Of a stretch of 55,763 nucleotides of DNA, positions 54,501-55,763 are shown one piece after another. The stretch comes from Paraspadella gotoi. Its lineage: Eukaryota > Animalia > Chaetognatha. The notes beneath the pieces were generated by a model that was given only the letters and a program-made list of their open reading frames with translations, was not told the DNA's origin and made no database searches. Numbering within the stretch: the first letter of the stretch is position 1; every line of letters begins with the position of its first letter. The DNA is taken from contig CM119270.1 of NCBI GenBank assembly GCA_051294375.1, forward strand, positions 17,770,103 through 17,825,865, given 5' to 3'. A program made the translations under genes and the position numbers.

Positions 54501-55763
54501 TATTGTTTTTGTTGTTGTTGTTCTTCTTCTTCCTGTTGTTGTCGTCGTCCACGGTTCCATTCACTTCTTCTTTAGGTTTTGGATCGAGTGATTCCAGTTT
54601 CGATATCCGATCCTTTTTTTCACATCTTTTCTCCTTCACGTGAGAAGAGGGAGAAAGTATTTTCTTATTATCTCTCAGTGAAAGGACACTCTACGTCGCT
54701 TTNNNNNNNNNNNNNNNNNNNNNNNNNNNNNNNNNNNNNNNNNNNNNNNNNNNNNNNNNNNNNNNNNNNNNNNNNNNNNNNNNNNNNNNNNNNNNNNNNN
54801 NNNNNNNNNNNNNNNNNNNNNNNNNNNNNNNNNNNNNNNNNNNNNNNNNNNNNNNNNNNNNNNNNNNNNNNNNNNNNNNNNNNNNNNNNNNNNNNNNCCA
54901 ATTCTCTCTTCCTTCTCCTCTTCCTCCTCCTCATCCTCCTCCTCCTCTTTCTCTAAATGCATTTATACCCTCTCCCACTTTTTTTTCCTCCGTTTTTCCT
55001 TTTCTCCTTTTTTTTCCCCTTTTTTTTTCTCCTCAAGTTACTTTTTTTTCCTTTTTTTTCCTTCTCAAATTCCTTTTTTTAGACCTTTTTACCCAAATAC
55101 GAGCAGAGGAACCAAAAGAGAGACGATAACCCGAAGAAGAAGATCCGGGAAGAAGAAAAAGGAGGGAAAATAAACTAAGCCCAAGGTGGACAGGTTCTTG
55201 GGCAGGTTCGTGGGCAAAAGGTTCGGGTCATTGGGTAAGGTAGTTTCGTGGGCATAGTGGAGCGGTGGATAGGTGGGGCAAATGGGTAAGGTGACTAAGG
55301 TTTTTTCGTGGGTAAAGGGAATCGGAGAATATTATTCATGTATTTTTTATTTTAAAATTAGTTGATATAACATTTATACTAAAATGATACAAAAAATTGA
55401 ATTTGGTGTATTGTANNNNNNNNNNNNNNNNNNNNNNNNNNNNNNNNNNNNNNNNNNNNNNNNNNNNNNNNNNNNNNNNNNNNNNNNNNNNNNNNNNNNN
55501 NNNNNNNNNNNNNNNNNNNNNNNNNNNNNNNNNNNNNNNNNNNNNNNNNNNNNNNNNNNNNNNNNNNNNNNNNNNNNNNNNNNNNNNNNNNNNNNNNNNN
55601 NNNNNNNNNNNNNNNNNNNNNNGTTTGAAACATTGTAAATAAATATATCGTTCAATTTTCCCTAACTACATACAGCCAACAGGTCTCATGATGAATGCCA
55701 AATCCAAGCATAGATCTTGGATTTGCTGATTAGAACGTTGATGACGAGACGCGTCTTCTTTCT

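Overview
This window is a fragment of a eukaryotic, animal-like draft scaffold. It is AT-rich, has abundant CpG, and is dominated by microsatellites ((AG)n, (ACG)n, (AAAG)n, (AATC)n) and minisatellites, with 13 N-gaps. Five gaps are exactly 25 N, and most of them sit next to redundant, indel-riddled copies of neighbouring sequence, which is what long-read gap filling leaves behind. About a third of the window is redundant: 16.7-22.5 kb recurs at 25.1-31.4 kb; 22.5-24.3 kb recurs inverted at 24.3-25.1, 31.4-32.8 and 39.7-40.2 kb; 39.7-41.9 kb recurs as a noisy copy at 33-38.8 kb; 43.1-44.4 kb recurs at 45.9-47.2 kb. Nearly all ORFs in the supplied track are repeat translations. The best-supported biological features are a frameshifted Ty3/gypsy reverse-transcriptase fragment (12396-12842, minus), a complete non-autonomous Helentron-type (HINE/DINE-1-like) element (2901-3275), and an interstitial TTTAGGG-like tract. 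There are also several candidate exons (a mucin-like/GPI-type terminal exon, an ATG first exon overlapping E2F/YY1 sites, a GC-rich exon end containing MPLRLRHK) and some motif-dense regulatory islands. I found no complete gene, RNA gene or CRISPR array, and no novel multi-gene system that the sequence supports.
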